The notes below the pieces were generated by a model, which saw nothing but the letters and a program-made list of their open reading frames with translations, ran no database searches and was not told where the DNA came from. Shown in pieces: positions 6,626 to 16,100 of a stretch of DNA of 34,357 bases; the first letter of the stretch is position 1, and every line of letters starts with the position of its first letter. This DNA comes from Bacteroidota bacterium (GTDB lineage: Bacteria > Bacteroidota > Bacteroidia > J057 > JADKCL01), in NCBI GenBank assembly GCA_046050405.1, contig JBJOPY010000089.1, positions 1 through 34,357 on the forward strand, read 5' to 3'. The translations under genes were made by a program, and so were the position numbers.

Positions 6626-9508
6626 ATGAGAAAATATATCCGTGCTGTTTTGATTTGCCTTCTGGGTGGTGCCAGCCTGGCAGCCAATGCACAACTTGAG
6701 CGTGCCAATAGGCGCTATGATCGCAGAGAGTATTACAGGGCGATCCCACTTTATCAGCGCTATCTAGAGAAGAGCCCTACGAGCAACGAGGGCATGGAAA
6801 AAATAGCCAACTGCTATCGAATGACCCATGATTCCAAGAATGCCGAGCATTGGTACAATCGATTGATCAAGGCAGGCAACAAGGATCCCCGAAACGTCCT
6901 CTATTACGCCCAGACGCTCATCAACAATGAGAAATGGGAGGATGCAGTGCCGCTGCTGGAAAGCTACCTTCAGGTGCATGAATGGGACGAAGTAGCCCAA
7001 AACACGCTGCAATCGGCACAAAATTACAAGAAGCTCCTTGCTGACTCCACCTTGTACATGGTGAAAGGCACGAATGTCAACACCCCTCAGTCTGAGTCTT
7101 GTCCGGCGATTTACCGTAACGCGCTCGTCTTTTCCAGCTCCCGCACACCTGCCAAGCGGATTTTTGGAAGGAATCAGGAAAACTTTCACAATCTGTATCA
7201 GGCGCAGTATTCTGGCAAGTCAGATGTTGGCGAGCCTAGGCTGCTGCCCGGCGTCATCAACAGCAAACGCCACGAAAGTGGAAGCACTTTCAGCCGTGAT
7301 GGCAATACGATATACTTCACTCGCAATGCCGCTCCCAAAGGCAAGTTCAGCGGGGGGGAGAGTGACATGATGCGGCTCAGGATTCTCAGGGCCGAGCTTA
7401 TACGCAACAAGTGGCGTCACCTCGCAGAGGTTCCTTTCAATGGCAAAGATTATTCAGCTGGCTACCCCTCGATGAGCCCCGATGGGAATACGTTTTACTT
7501 CGTCTCCGATATGCCTGGCGGTGAGGGTGCTACAGACATCTGGATGTCTCGCAAACAGGGTGAAACATGGAGCCAGCCAGAGAACATGGGGGCCAAAATC
7601 AATACTCCCGGAAACGAGATGTTTCCTTGGATAAGCCCCACAGGGGTCTTCTACTTCGCCTCCGATGGACATCCGGGATTAGGAGGGCTTGATCTCTTTC
7701 GCGTAACTTCCCTGGGCGGCGAATTCGAAAGGATCCACAACATGGGCGCCCCCATCAACAGCCCCAAGGATGACTTCGCAATCGCGATCGATGAAGCGAC
7801 CCAGACTGGGTTTTTTAGCTCCAACAGGAAAGGAGGAAAAGGTGAGGACGACATCTATTCATTTGTCCATCGCCAAATCTTGAAGGGACAGGTGTTCGAT
7901 GCCAAAACGAGCATGCCCGTCAACAATGCGAAGGTTGAAATCTATGGTGTCAAGGGTCTTGTGGCAGTTCTTCGTTCGGACAGTGCCGGCCTCTTCCGCT
8001 GTGGCCTTGACCGCAACTCGCAATACAAGCTCGTCGGATCCGGAGAAAACTATCTTGCCGCAGAGCAGGTCGTAAGCACGGTCAGTTTCGACCCCAGCAT
8101 TCCAATCGAGACTTCGATCAGGCTGACAAAAAATCAAACCTACCCGGGTTACACCCTCAAGGGCAAGGTCGAAGCGGATACCGCCGCCAACCTCTCCGGC
8201 ACCAAGGTTCGGATCACTGCCAAGGAGGTCATCACAACGGTGGACAAGAATGGTGCATTTGAATACCAATTGTCACCAGAAACTGACTATGAAGTCCGGG
8301 TGGAAAAGGAGGGCTTCCTTGGCAAGGTGATGGAAATCAGTACAAAAGGCATGAAGCCTGGAGAGCTTGACCTGCATGCAATGCTAAACCGCATCTTGCC
8401 TGACACGGCACTGTACCGCATCTACTATGATTACAACGATGTCCGTTTAAATACTGATGCAATCCGTGAGCTTGATCGCACACTGGAATTCTTGAAACAA
8501 AATCCATCCGCTAAGATCAGGCTGGTATCACATTCAGACTCTCGCGGAGAAGCGGCGTACAATGAGCAACTCTCCAGGCAGCGAACCAATAATGCAACTG
8601 CCTACTTGATCGAGCATGGAATAGACAAGAGTCGGTTGCAACAGGTTTGGCTTGGCGAGCATAGCCCGCAAAACAAGTGCCCCGACGGAGTGCCTTGTTC
8701 GGAAGAGGAGTATCGACAAAATCGCCAAACTGAAATTCAGTTAGCTGAGAATATTCGCGAGAAAGAAACTCCCAAGCTGGAGACTTCAAGTATAAATACC
8801 CCCCCAAAGGGCAGCTCTAAGCCCTCCGTGGAAACGAAGATCAATCCGAACTCGACAGTAACCGACCTTGCCAAAACTTCTGGCATGGATTCAAAGGCTG
8901 CCATCAATACAACTGAACCCGCCAAGGCCACTGGGTCAGCAGTGAAGCCTGCCGAACAGCCCAAGACCGCCGTGCCAGCCACCAAGGCCACTGAGCCTGA
9001 GTCTCCTAAGTCAGCTGTGAACCCCGCCGAACAGCCCAAGACGGTCGTGCCAGCCACCAAGGCCACTGAGCCTGAGGCTCCTAAGTCAACTGTGAAGCCT
9101 GCTGAACAGCCCAAGACGGTCGTGCCGGCCACCAAGGCCACTGAGCCTGAGGCTCCTAAGTCAGCTGTGAACCCCGCCGAACAGCCAAAGACGGTCGTGC
9201 CAGCCACCAAGGCCACTGAGCCTGAGTCCCCTAAGTCAGCTGTGAAGCCTGCCGAACAGCCCAAGACCGCCGTGCCAGCCACCAAGGCCACTGAGCCTGA
9301 GTCTCCTAAGTCCGCTGTGAAGCCTGCCGAACAGCCCAAGACCGCCGTGCCAGCCACCAAGACTACTGAGCCAGCTGTCAAGCCTGCTGAACAGCCTAAG
9401 GCACCTGCCGTGAAACCCACAGAACCAGAAATCAAGTCCAGTAGTCAACCATGGAACAATAGTTTAGTACCCTCAACTAAAGCGAAGCCAAAGAAGACGA
9501 AAAAATGA
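6626..9508 (+). CDS. OmpA family (PorE-like) protein: TPR, PD40/WD40-like propeller, carboxypeptidase-regulatory-like domains, OmpA peptidoglycan-binding domain, low-complexity repeat tail
   Basis: Signal peptide ends ANA|Q; TPR-like N-terminus; PD40 motifs (YPSMSPDGNTFYFVSDMPGG, INTPGNEMFP, FASDGHPGLGGLD, INSPKDDFA); OmpA motif (IYYDYN...SHSDSRG...YNEQLSRQR...NRQTE). Confidence 0.9.
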   Translation: MRKYIRAVLICLLGGASLAANAQLERANRRYDRREYYRAIPLYQRYLEKSPTSNEGMEKIANCYRMTHDSKNAEHWYNRLIKAGNKDPRNVLYYAQTLINNEKWEDAVPLLESYLQVHEWDEVAQNTLQSAQNYKKLLADSTLYMVKGTNVNTPQSESCPAIYRNALVFSSSRTPAKRIFGRNQENFHNLYQAQYSGKSDVGEPRLLPGVINSKRHESGSTFSRDGNTIYFTRNAAPKGKFSGGESDMMRLRILRAELIRNKWRHLAEVPFNGKDYSAGYPSMSPDGNTFYFVSDMPGGEGATDIWMSRKQGETWSQPENMGAKINTPGNEMFPWISPTGVFYFASDGHPGLGGLDLFRVTSLGGEFERIHNMGAPINSPKDDFAIAIDEATQTGFFSSNRKGGKGEDDIYSFVHRQILKGQVFDAKTSMPVNNAKVEIYGVKGLVAVLRSDSAGLFRCGLDRNSQYKLVGSGENYLAAEQVVSTVSFDPSIPIETSIRLTKNQTYPGYTLKGKVEADTAANLSGTKVRITAKEVITTVDKNGAFEYQLSPETDYEVRVEKEGFLGKVMEISTKGMKPGELDLHAMLNRILPDTALYRIYYDYNDVRLNTDAIRELDRTLEFLKQNPSAKIRLVSHSDSRGEAAYNEQLSRQRTNNATAYLIEHGIDKSRLQQVWLGEHSPQNKCPDGVPCSEEEYRQNRQTEIQLAENIREKETPKLETSSINTPPKGSSKPSVETKINPNSTVTDLAKTSGMDSKAAINTTEPAKATGSAVKPAEQPKTAVPATKATEPESPKSAVNPAEQPKTVVPATKATEPEAPKSTVKPAEQPKTVVPATKATEPEAPKSAVNPAEQPKTVVPATKATEPESPKSAVKPAEQPKTAVPATKATEPESPKSAVKPAEQPKTAVPATKTTEPAVKPAEQPKAPAVKPTEPEIKSSSQPWNNSLVPSTKAKPKKTKK
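8942..9400 (+). repeat. In-frame 75-bp (25-aa) tandem repeat, five full units plus partial sixth and seventh
   Basis: Units start at 8942, 9017, 9092, 9167, 9242 and 9317; consensus V(K/N)PAEQPKT(A/V)VPATKATEPE(S/A)PKS(A/T); DNA nearly identical between units. Confidence 0.95.
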
Positions 9509-9696
9509 AAACAAGGTCGACATGAAGGCTAGGCCGGTAGGGGAACATCCCTTCGTCAAGCCCCTGTGGACACCATGACGATTCGCCCCTATATGCATGT
9601 AAATTTTTTTCCGGGCGGCCAGCCAGTCGTTGAGTGTTTCCTATAAATTAATTCCTATGAGATTTTGCTTTAACTGAACTATTAATTTCTTGACTT

Positions 9697-10974
9697 ATGC
9701 CTGAGGAGAAAGTATGCTTCGTAATCACAGGTTTTGGGAAAAAAACCGATTTTCAGACGGGTGCCGTCTATGACCTTGAAAAAACCTATCAACTGCTGCT
9801 CAAGCCTGTCTTTGATGAGTTTGGCTATCGGTGCTTCCGCACGACTGAGCTGAAGTATTCCGGCAGCATCGATGTGGAGATGTACTACTACATCTTGAAT
9901 GCAGACTTTGTCGTTGCAGACATCTCGACATTGAATGCCAACGCATTGTATGAGCTGGGAGTCAGGCACGCCCTGCGACCAGACACGACGATCATCATCG
10001 CCGAGAGTACGTTGTTGGGCGACAAGGAGAAGAACATCGGCCCCAGGATTCCTTTTGATTTGGGGCATGGTGTCATCTTCACCTACAAGCATGATGGCAA
10101 CGACATCCACCCGGATGAAGTGGCAAGGTTCACGGGACAGCTCAAGGGCCTGGTCGCGGAGCTGATCGGCAAGGGAAAAAACGACAGCCCGGTTTACACC
10201 TACTTGCCTGGCCTGGAGCCACCGGTGTTTACCGACCTGAAAGCGAAGTCCTCCTCCAAAAACAATGAGGACAAACCTGCGGAAGAGGAAGGCGACAGTT
10301 TGTCGGAGGTTCTGCTAAAAGCCGAAGAAGCCAAAAACAACGCGGATTATGAGACGGCCTTCAAGCTTTTCGAGCAAGCCATGAAGCAGTCGTCCAATGA
10401 CACCTATGTCACTCAAAGGTTTGCCTTGGTAACCTACAAATCAAAACTTCCGAATGAAAAGGATGCGCTGACAAAGGCGCTGGAGATTTTGCAGCCATTG
10501 AAGCCCGACACGACCAATGACGTGGAAACGCTAGGATTGGTGGGGGCGATCTACAAGCGGCTGTATGACCAAACCAAAGACATCGCCGATTTGAAGAGAT
10601 CATTGCATCACTATCAGCGCGGATTTTATGTCGCAAGCGATTATTACAATGGTGTCAATACTGCCTTCATCATGACATGGCTCAGCTCGCTGACGAGCGA
10701 CCAGGATGAGAAGATTACATACAAGACCACGGCGAAATGGATTCGCCAAGCGGTTCTGGACATTTGCAAGGCCCTCATGAAGAGCAAGGATGGCATGAAG
10801 CGCAACGATATCATGTGGATCATGCAGACCAAAGCTGAATGTGAATTTGGGCTGGGAAAAGAGGAGTCCTATGAGGCCACCCTGGAGATGATGGAGAACT
10901 TCGAGAACAGCAAGTTCAATCGCGATAGCTTCGATGAGCAAATGGCAAAATTGAAGGTGCTGATGGGTGCCTGA
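9697..10974 (+). CDS. DUF4071 / 'TRAFs-binding domain' protein: N-terminal nucleoside deoxyribosyltransferase/deoxyribohydrolase-like domain plus TPR region (ASK1/MAP3K5-like module)
   Basis: N-terminal CFVITGFGKK...SGSIDVEMY...ADFVVADISTLNANALYELGVRHALRP...IPFD; C-terminal helical TPR-like region with 'TTNDVETLGLVGAIYKR', 'YQRGF', 'DYYNGVN'. Confidence 0.8.
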   Translation: MPEEKVCFVITGFGKKTDFQTGAVYDLEKTYQLLLKPVFDEFGYRCFRTTELKYSGSIDVEMYYYILNADFVVADISTLNANALYELGVRHALRPDTTIIIAESTLLGDKEKNIGPRIPFDLGHGVIFTYKHDGNDIHPDEVARFTGQLKGLVAELIGKGKNDSPVYTYLPGLEPPVFTDLKAKSSSKNNEDKPAEEEGDSLSEVLLKAEEAKNNADYETAFKLFEQAMKQSSNDTYVTQRFALVTYKSKLPNEKDALTKALEILQPLKPDTTNDVETLGLVGAIYKRLYDQTKDIADLKRSLHHYQRGFYVASDYYNGVNTAFIMTWLSSLTSDQDEKITYKTTAKWIRQAVLDICKALMKSKDGMKRNDIMWIMQTKAECEFGLGKEESYEATLEMMENFENSKFNRDSFDEQMAKLKVLMGA

Positions 10975-10993
10975 GAATTACGACAGGCAAATT

Positions 10994-11035
10994 GTGTCGG
11001 GAGTCTCCCTTTGCGGAAAAAGAGACTCCCGACAC
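10994..11035. repeat. 14-bp perfect inverted repeat (GTGTCGGGAGTCTC / GAGACTCCCGACAC), REP-like palindrome or terminator
   Basis: Arms at 10994-11007 and 11022-11035 with a 14-nt loop, 19 nt after the stop at 10974; no U-tract on the + strand. Confidence 0.75.
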
Positions 11036-11228
11036 GGTAAAATAGAATAGCCTGATGAAGGAACCCTGCACTTCATCGAGATCGAGATACCTCTAACTGC
11101 CTGGGTACAGACTCGAATCACCAGTGAGCAAGGAAGGGTGGAGCCCCCTGGCGCAAGGGAGAGCCCCAAGGATGGACTTAGAAATGCAAAGACACTCTTA
11201 AATCGATTAAAATACTCATCCCATACGC

Positions 11229-11792
11229 GTGAAAAACACATATCTGAATCCGATCCTGAAAGAAGCTGCCGAGTTGCCCTCCAAGTTGCAGGAAGTATTT
11301 GGCAGTCTCACCGCCGAACAACTCAACTGGAAACCCAATCCAGCTACATGGAGCATCGGCGAGTGCATAGACCACCTGATCAACACAAATCGCAGCTATT
11401 TCGCCCAGCTGGAGGCCATCAGTCGTGGCGACAAGTATGAATCCTTCTGGGAGAAGCTGCCGCTGTTTCACAAATTTTGGGGGAAGACCTTACTGAACGC
11501 GACCTCTGACGTAGAGGTGAAAAAGGGAAAGTCTCCGGGACCTTTCAAGCCGGTGCGGAGCACCGTCGCGACGAGCATCCTAGACGAGTTCGCACTTCAT
11601 CAGAAACAGCTGATCAGCAAGGTGGAAAGCACGGACAAGGTCGACCATCACAAGACGATGATCACATCGCCGGCTGCAGCCTTCATCACTTACAGCCTTC
11701 ATGATGCCCTCTTGATCATTTTCCAGCATGAAAGGCGTCATTTCAACCAGGCCAAGTCCCTGATGGCCATGACAGGATTCCCGAAGTCTTAG
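11229..11792 (+). CDS. DinB family protein
   Basis: 'LNWKPNPATWSIGECIDHL' and 'QHERRHFNQ' supply the three metal-binding His; GTG start. Confidence 0.9.
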   Translation: MKNTYLNPILKEAAELPSKLQEVFGSLTAEQLNWKPNPATWSIGECIDHLINTNRSYFAQLEAISRGDKYESFWEKLPLFHKFWGKTLLNATSDVEVKKGKSPGPFKPVRSTVATSILDEFALHQKQLISKVESTDKVDHHKTMITSPAAAFITYSLHDALLIIFQHERRHFNQAKSLMAMTGFPKS

Positions 11793-11795
11793 GCA

Positions 11796-12779
11796 CTATT
11801 TCTCCCGTGATACCGAGTAGTCCACCAATGCCCTGAGGCTGGTCTTGCTGGGTGACTCAGGCAGTCCCCCCAAGATTTCCATGGCCTCCTTCAGGAAATT
11901 GTTCATCACCTGCTCACTGTAAGCGATGCCGCCGTGGTCTCTTACATACTCGATCACCCAAGCGACGGCCCTCTTGTCCGTGTTGTGATTGCGGACGACA
12001 TTGATGATCTTGCGACGGTGCGCCCAGCTTGATTTGTTCAGGACGTGGATGAGCGGGAGGGTCATCTTCTTTTCCTTGATATCGATGCCGAGCGGTTTGC
12101 CGACATCCTCCGTGCCATAGTCGAACAGGTCGTCGCGGATTTGGAAGGCCATGCCGATCTTCTCGCCCATGAGACGCATCCTCTCGATGAATTCAGCATC
12201 CGTCGGGCGGGCACTGGCAGCACCGACCTCGCAGCAGCTCGCAATCAGGGAGGCTGTCTTTTGCCGGATGATCTCGAAATAGACCGCTTCATCCACATTC
12301 AGCTTCCTTGCCTTTTCGATTTGGAGAAGCTCACCCTCCGCCATGAGCCTGACGGCATTGCTGGTAATCTTCAGCAACTGGAAGTCGTCATGCTCCAGTG
12401 ACATCAGCAAACCCTTGCTGAGCAAGAAGTCGCCGATGAGGACAGCGATCTTGTTCTTCCAGAGTGCATTGATGCTGAAAAATCCGCGACGCTCATCAGC
12501 GTCATCCACTACATCATCGTGCACGAGTGTGGCCGTGTGCAGAAGTTCGATCAGTGCGGCTCCGCGATAAGTGCTGGGTGTGATGCCCCCCGCAGCATTG
12601 GCGCAGAGCAAGACAAACATTGGTCGCATCTGCTTGCCCTTGCGCTTCACCAAATATTGCATGATCTTGTCCAGAAGCATCACGCGGCTCTTCATCGCTC
12701 CCCGAAAGTACTTTTCGAATTGCACCAGCTCCTCGGCGATCGGAGCCTGGATCATTTCCAATGCACGCTTTTTGGACAT
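11796..12779 (-). CDS. ispB: Polyprenyl (octaprenyl/heptaprenyl-type) diphosphate synthase
   Basis: GKQMRP, FARM 'LVHDDVVDDADERRG', KTASL, SARM 'FQIRDDLFD', GKPLGIDIKEKKMTLP. Likely start MSKKRALE at 12779. Confidence 0.9.
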   Translation of the reverse strand: MSKKRALEMIQAPIAEELVQFEKYFRGAMKSRVMLLDKIMQYLVKRKGKQMRPMFVLLCANAAGGITPSTYRGAALIELLHTATLVHDDVVDDADERRGFFSINALWKNKIAVLIGDFLLSKGLLMSLEHDDFQLLKITSNAVRLMAEGELLQIEKARKLNVDEAVYFEIIRQKTASLIASCCEVGAASARPTDAEFIERMRLMGEKIGMAFQIRDDLFDYGTEDVGKPLGIDIKEKKMTLPLIHVLNKSSWAHRRKIINVVRNHNTDKRAVAWVIEYVRDHGGIAYSEQVMNNFLKEAMEILGGLPESPSKTSLRALVDYSVSREK

Positions 12780-13020
12780 CGCCTTAAAATTAGGGGTTTT
12801 CTTTTCGGGATTGCGATTTGGAGGGGAAATATAGGGATGAAAGTTCAGTGCCATCTTGGTGCATTGGATTTCAGGATAATTGGAGCTGTGATGAAAATAG
12901 GCTGCGCCAGATACCCGCTAAGGGATTTGACCCTCCATGGCCTCCATCCTCATTCGATCATGTTGACCGGTTGCCCTTGTGACCCTGGGCATTCCACACC
13001 CCGGGTACTCGGATTTTTCA

Positions 13021-13028
13021 TAAACTTG
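13021..13028 (+). promoter_or_regulatory. Candidate -7 promoter box (TAAACTTG) for the ileS operon
   Basis: One mismatch to TAnnTTTG; an identical octamer lies at 28689-28696 upstream of nrdB. Confidence 0.45.
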
Positions 13029-13046
13029 CGCATCTTTTTTTAGTTC

Positions 13047-13118
13047 AAGGCAATGCGTCATGAACCGGGGCAGTACAAGCCCCCTCAGGTGAGCGACCCC
13101 TCTGGATGACGGTGCCTT
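13047..13118 (+). promoter_or_regulatory. Structured 5' leader element upstream of ileS
   Basis: AAGGCA(13047-52)/TGCCTT(13113-18) and CGTCAT(13056-61)/ATGACG(13106-11) enclose the hairpins GGGGC-AGTACAA-GCCCC and GGT-GAGCG-ACC. Confidence 0.5.
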
Positions 13119-13130
13119 ATCGAAATATCA

Positions 13131-16100
13131 ATGGAAACGAAAAACCCAACACTGGCGAAGCTGTACCAGGAATATCAGAAGCTATCGCTGCCTGAATTGG
13201 ACAAAGCGATCCTTCGATTCTGGAAGGAAACGGACATTTTCAAGAAGAGCATTTCCGCACGGGAGGGCAACCCCTCGTTCGTTTTCTATGAGGGGCCACC
13301 GAGCGCCAACGGACATCCGGGCATCCACCACGTGATGGGTCGTACAATCAAGGACATTTTCTGCCGCTACAAGACCCTGAAGGGATACCAAGTGCACCGC
13401 AAAGCGGGGTGGGATACACACGGACTTCCCATCGAGCTGAATGTGGAGAAGGAACTTGGCATTACCAAGGACGACATCGGCCACAGGGTTCCTGTCGAAG
13501 AATATAACCAGGCCTGCAAGGCTGCGGTGATGCGCTTCACGAATGAATGGAACGAAGTCACTGAAAAAATGGGCTATTGGGTGGACTTGGAACACCCGTA
13601 TGTCACCTATGAGAGCAAGTACATCGAGAGTTGCTGGTGGCTCCTGAAGCAGTTGTTCGATAAAAACCTTCTGTACAAAGGTTATACGATTCAGCCTTAT
13701 TCCCCAGCTGCGGGAACCGGTCTCAGCTCCCACGAGCTCAATCAGCCCGGCACCTACCAAAAGGTGAAGGATACGACGATTGTCGCCCAATTCAAGGCGA
13801 TCCGAGACTCCCGATCCGAGCTGCTGTTTTCAAAGGCAGCCGGCCCCGTCTATTTCCTCGCATGGACGACCACCCCGTGGACATTGCCCAGCAACACCGC
13901 CCTGGCGGTCGGCAAAGGCATTGCATACGTCCAGGTGAATACCACCAATCCTTATACGGATGCCCCCATTTCCATCATCATGGCCGAGGCCTTGATGGGC
14001 AAGGTGCTGGGGATCGAAGGTCCGATGGTCGATGGCCAGGGTACTGGGAAGGTCGGAGGGAAGAAAATCCATTTCATGCAGGTTGGCACCTATTCAGGTG
14101 CAGAGCTTGCAGGTATCCACTATGAGCAACTGATGCCCTATGTGAAACCCGAAGGCGATGCTTTCCGTGTGATTGTCGGCGACTTTGTGACCACCGAGGA
14201 CGGCACCGGAATCGTTCACATCGCACCGACATTTGGCGCGGACGATTTCAGGGTAGCCGCCCAGAATGGCATCCCCGCGTTGCTTGTCACCCACCCGGAC
14301 GGTTCTCGCGGACCACTGGTGGACAAGAAGGGAAGATTTGTCGCCGAAATGGCCCCCTATGCAGGCCGATTTGTGAAGAACTACAACGATGACGATGAGA
14401 ATGCCCCCGATTACAGATCGACGGACGTAATGATCGCCATCCAGCTCAAGGAGGAAAACAAGGCCTTCAAGGTCGAGAAATACGAGCACGACTACCCACA
14501 CTGTTGGAGAACTGACAAGCCCATCTTGTATTATCCGCTCGATGCATGGTTCATCAAGACCACTGCCATGAAAGACCGCATGGTGGAGCTGAACAAAACC
14601 ATCCATTGGAAGCCTGAAAGCACAGGTTCGGGCCGCTTCGGAAACTGGCTGGAGAACCTTGTGGATTGGAACCTGAGCCGTTCCAGATTCTGGGGGATTC
14701 CCCTTCCTATCTGGGCGACGGATGACGCCTCGGAGAAGAAATGCATCGGCTCACGGGAAGAATTATTCGCCGAGATGAAGAAGTCCGTCGCCGCAGGGTT
14801 CATGACGGCGGAGCAGGCCGATGAGTTTGCTGGCCGCGATGACCTGCACAGACCGTATGTGGACTACGTGGTATTGGTCAGCGAAACCGGCAAGCCGATG
14901 CACCGCGAGCCCGACCTGATCGACGTATGGTTTGATTCAGGGGCAATGCCCGTGGCGCAGTTGCACTATCCATTTGAGAACCAGGAGCTCTTCGACCAGA
15001 ACTTCCCCGGGGATTTCATTGCGGAAGGTGTCGACCAGACCCGTGGCTGGTTTTTCACCCTTCATGCCATCGCCACGATGGTATTTGACAAGGTTGCATA
15101 TAAGAATGTCGTCTCAAATGGGCTCGTCCTGGACAAAGACGGCGTCAAAATGTCCAAGCGACTGGGCAATGTCGTCGACCCATTCAAGATGCTCCGGACC
15201 TACGGCGCCGACACGGTACGCTGGTACATGGTCGGCAATACCGCTCCTTGGGACAACCTGAAGTTCAATGAGGAGCACATGAAGGAGACACAGCAAGGTT
15301 ACTTCGGCACCCTCTTCAACACCTACTTTTTCTTCGCCCAATACGCCAATGTGGATGGATTTGATCATCGCCAACCACGCATCCCCGTCTCGGAACGCCG
15401 TGAAATGGATCGCTGGGCCATGTCCAAACTGAACACCCTCATTGCCGATGTGGATGCTGCCCTTGGGAATTATGAGCCTCATCGTGGCATCAAGGCGATG
15501 GAGGCATTCCTGGACGAGCTCAGCAATTGGTACGTAAGACTGAGCCGGCGTGTCTTCTGGAAGGGCGAGATGTCAGGAGAGAAGGTGGCGGCCTATCAAA
15601 CGCTGTATGAGTGCCTGCTTACCCTGTCCAAGATGATGGCCCCCTATGCGCCATTCTACAGTGAAAAGCTGTACGGCGACCTGAATCGCGTCACTGGACT
15701 GGAACCGTACGAATCTGTTCACTTGTGTCGTTTTCCCTCCTCCAATCCAGCCGAGATAGATCACGACCTGGAGCAAAGGATGGCATTTGCCAGGGAGATC
15801 ACTTCACTGGTGCACAGCATCCGCAAGCATCCTCAGGTGAACCTGAAAGTCAGGCAGCCGCTCGCCCGTGTACTCGTACCCGTACTCAGCGAGGAAATGG
15901 CGCGGCAGGTGATGGCAGTCAAGGATATCATCCTTTCCGAGGTCAATGTCAAAGCGCTGGAGCTGGTGCGGGATGGCGACGGCAATGCCGTGATCGTCAA
16001 AAAGGCCAAGGCCAATTTCAAAGCATTGGGATCCAGGCTCGGAGCCAAGATGAAATTTGCCGCCGCTGCCGTCGAAAAATTTGGGAACCAAGAGTTTGCC

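Noticed and set aside
8942-9400. Tandem array as a possible CRISPR
   Set aside because: Units are contiguous with no unique spacers, are in frame within a CDS, and there are no cas genes.
8737-9435. 232-aa repetitive minus-strand ORF
   Set aside because: Reverse complement of the OmpA repeat tail; it stays open because the repeat unit lacks stops.
11052-11080. CTGATGA as a hammerhead ribozyme core
   Set aside because: No stem II followed by GAAA; the segment instead forms a simple GATGAAG/CTTCATC hairpin.
13047-13118. ileS leader as tRNA, SRP RNA or T-box
   Set aside because: No TTCGA T-loop or cloverleaf, no GGAAGGAAGCAG SRP motif, and no T-box consensus.
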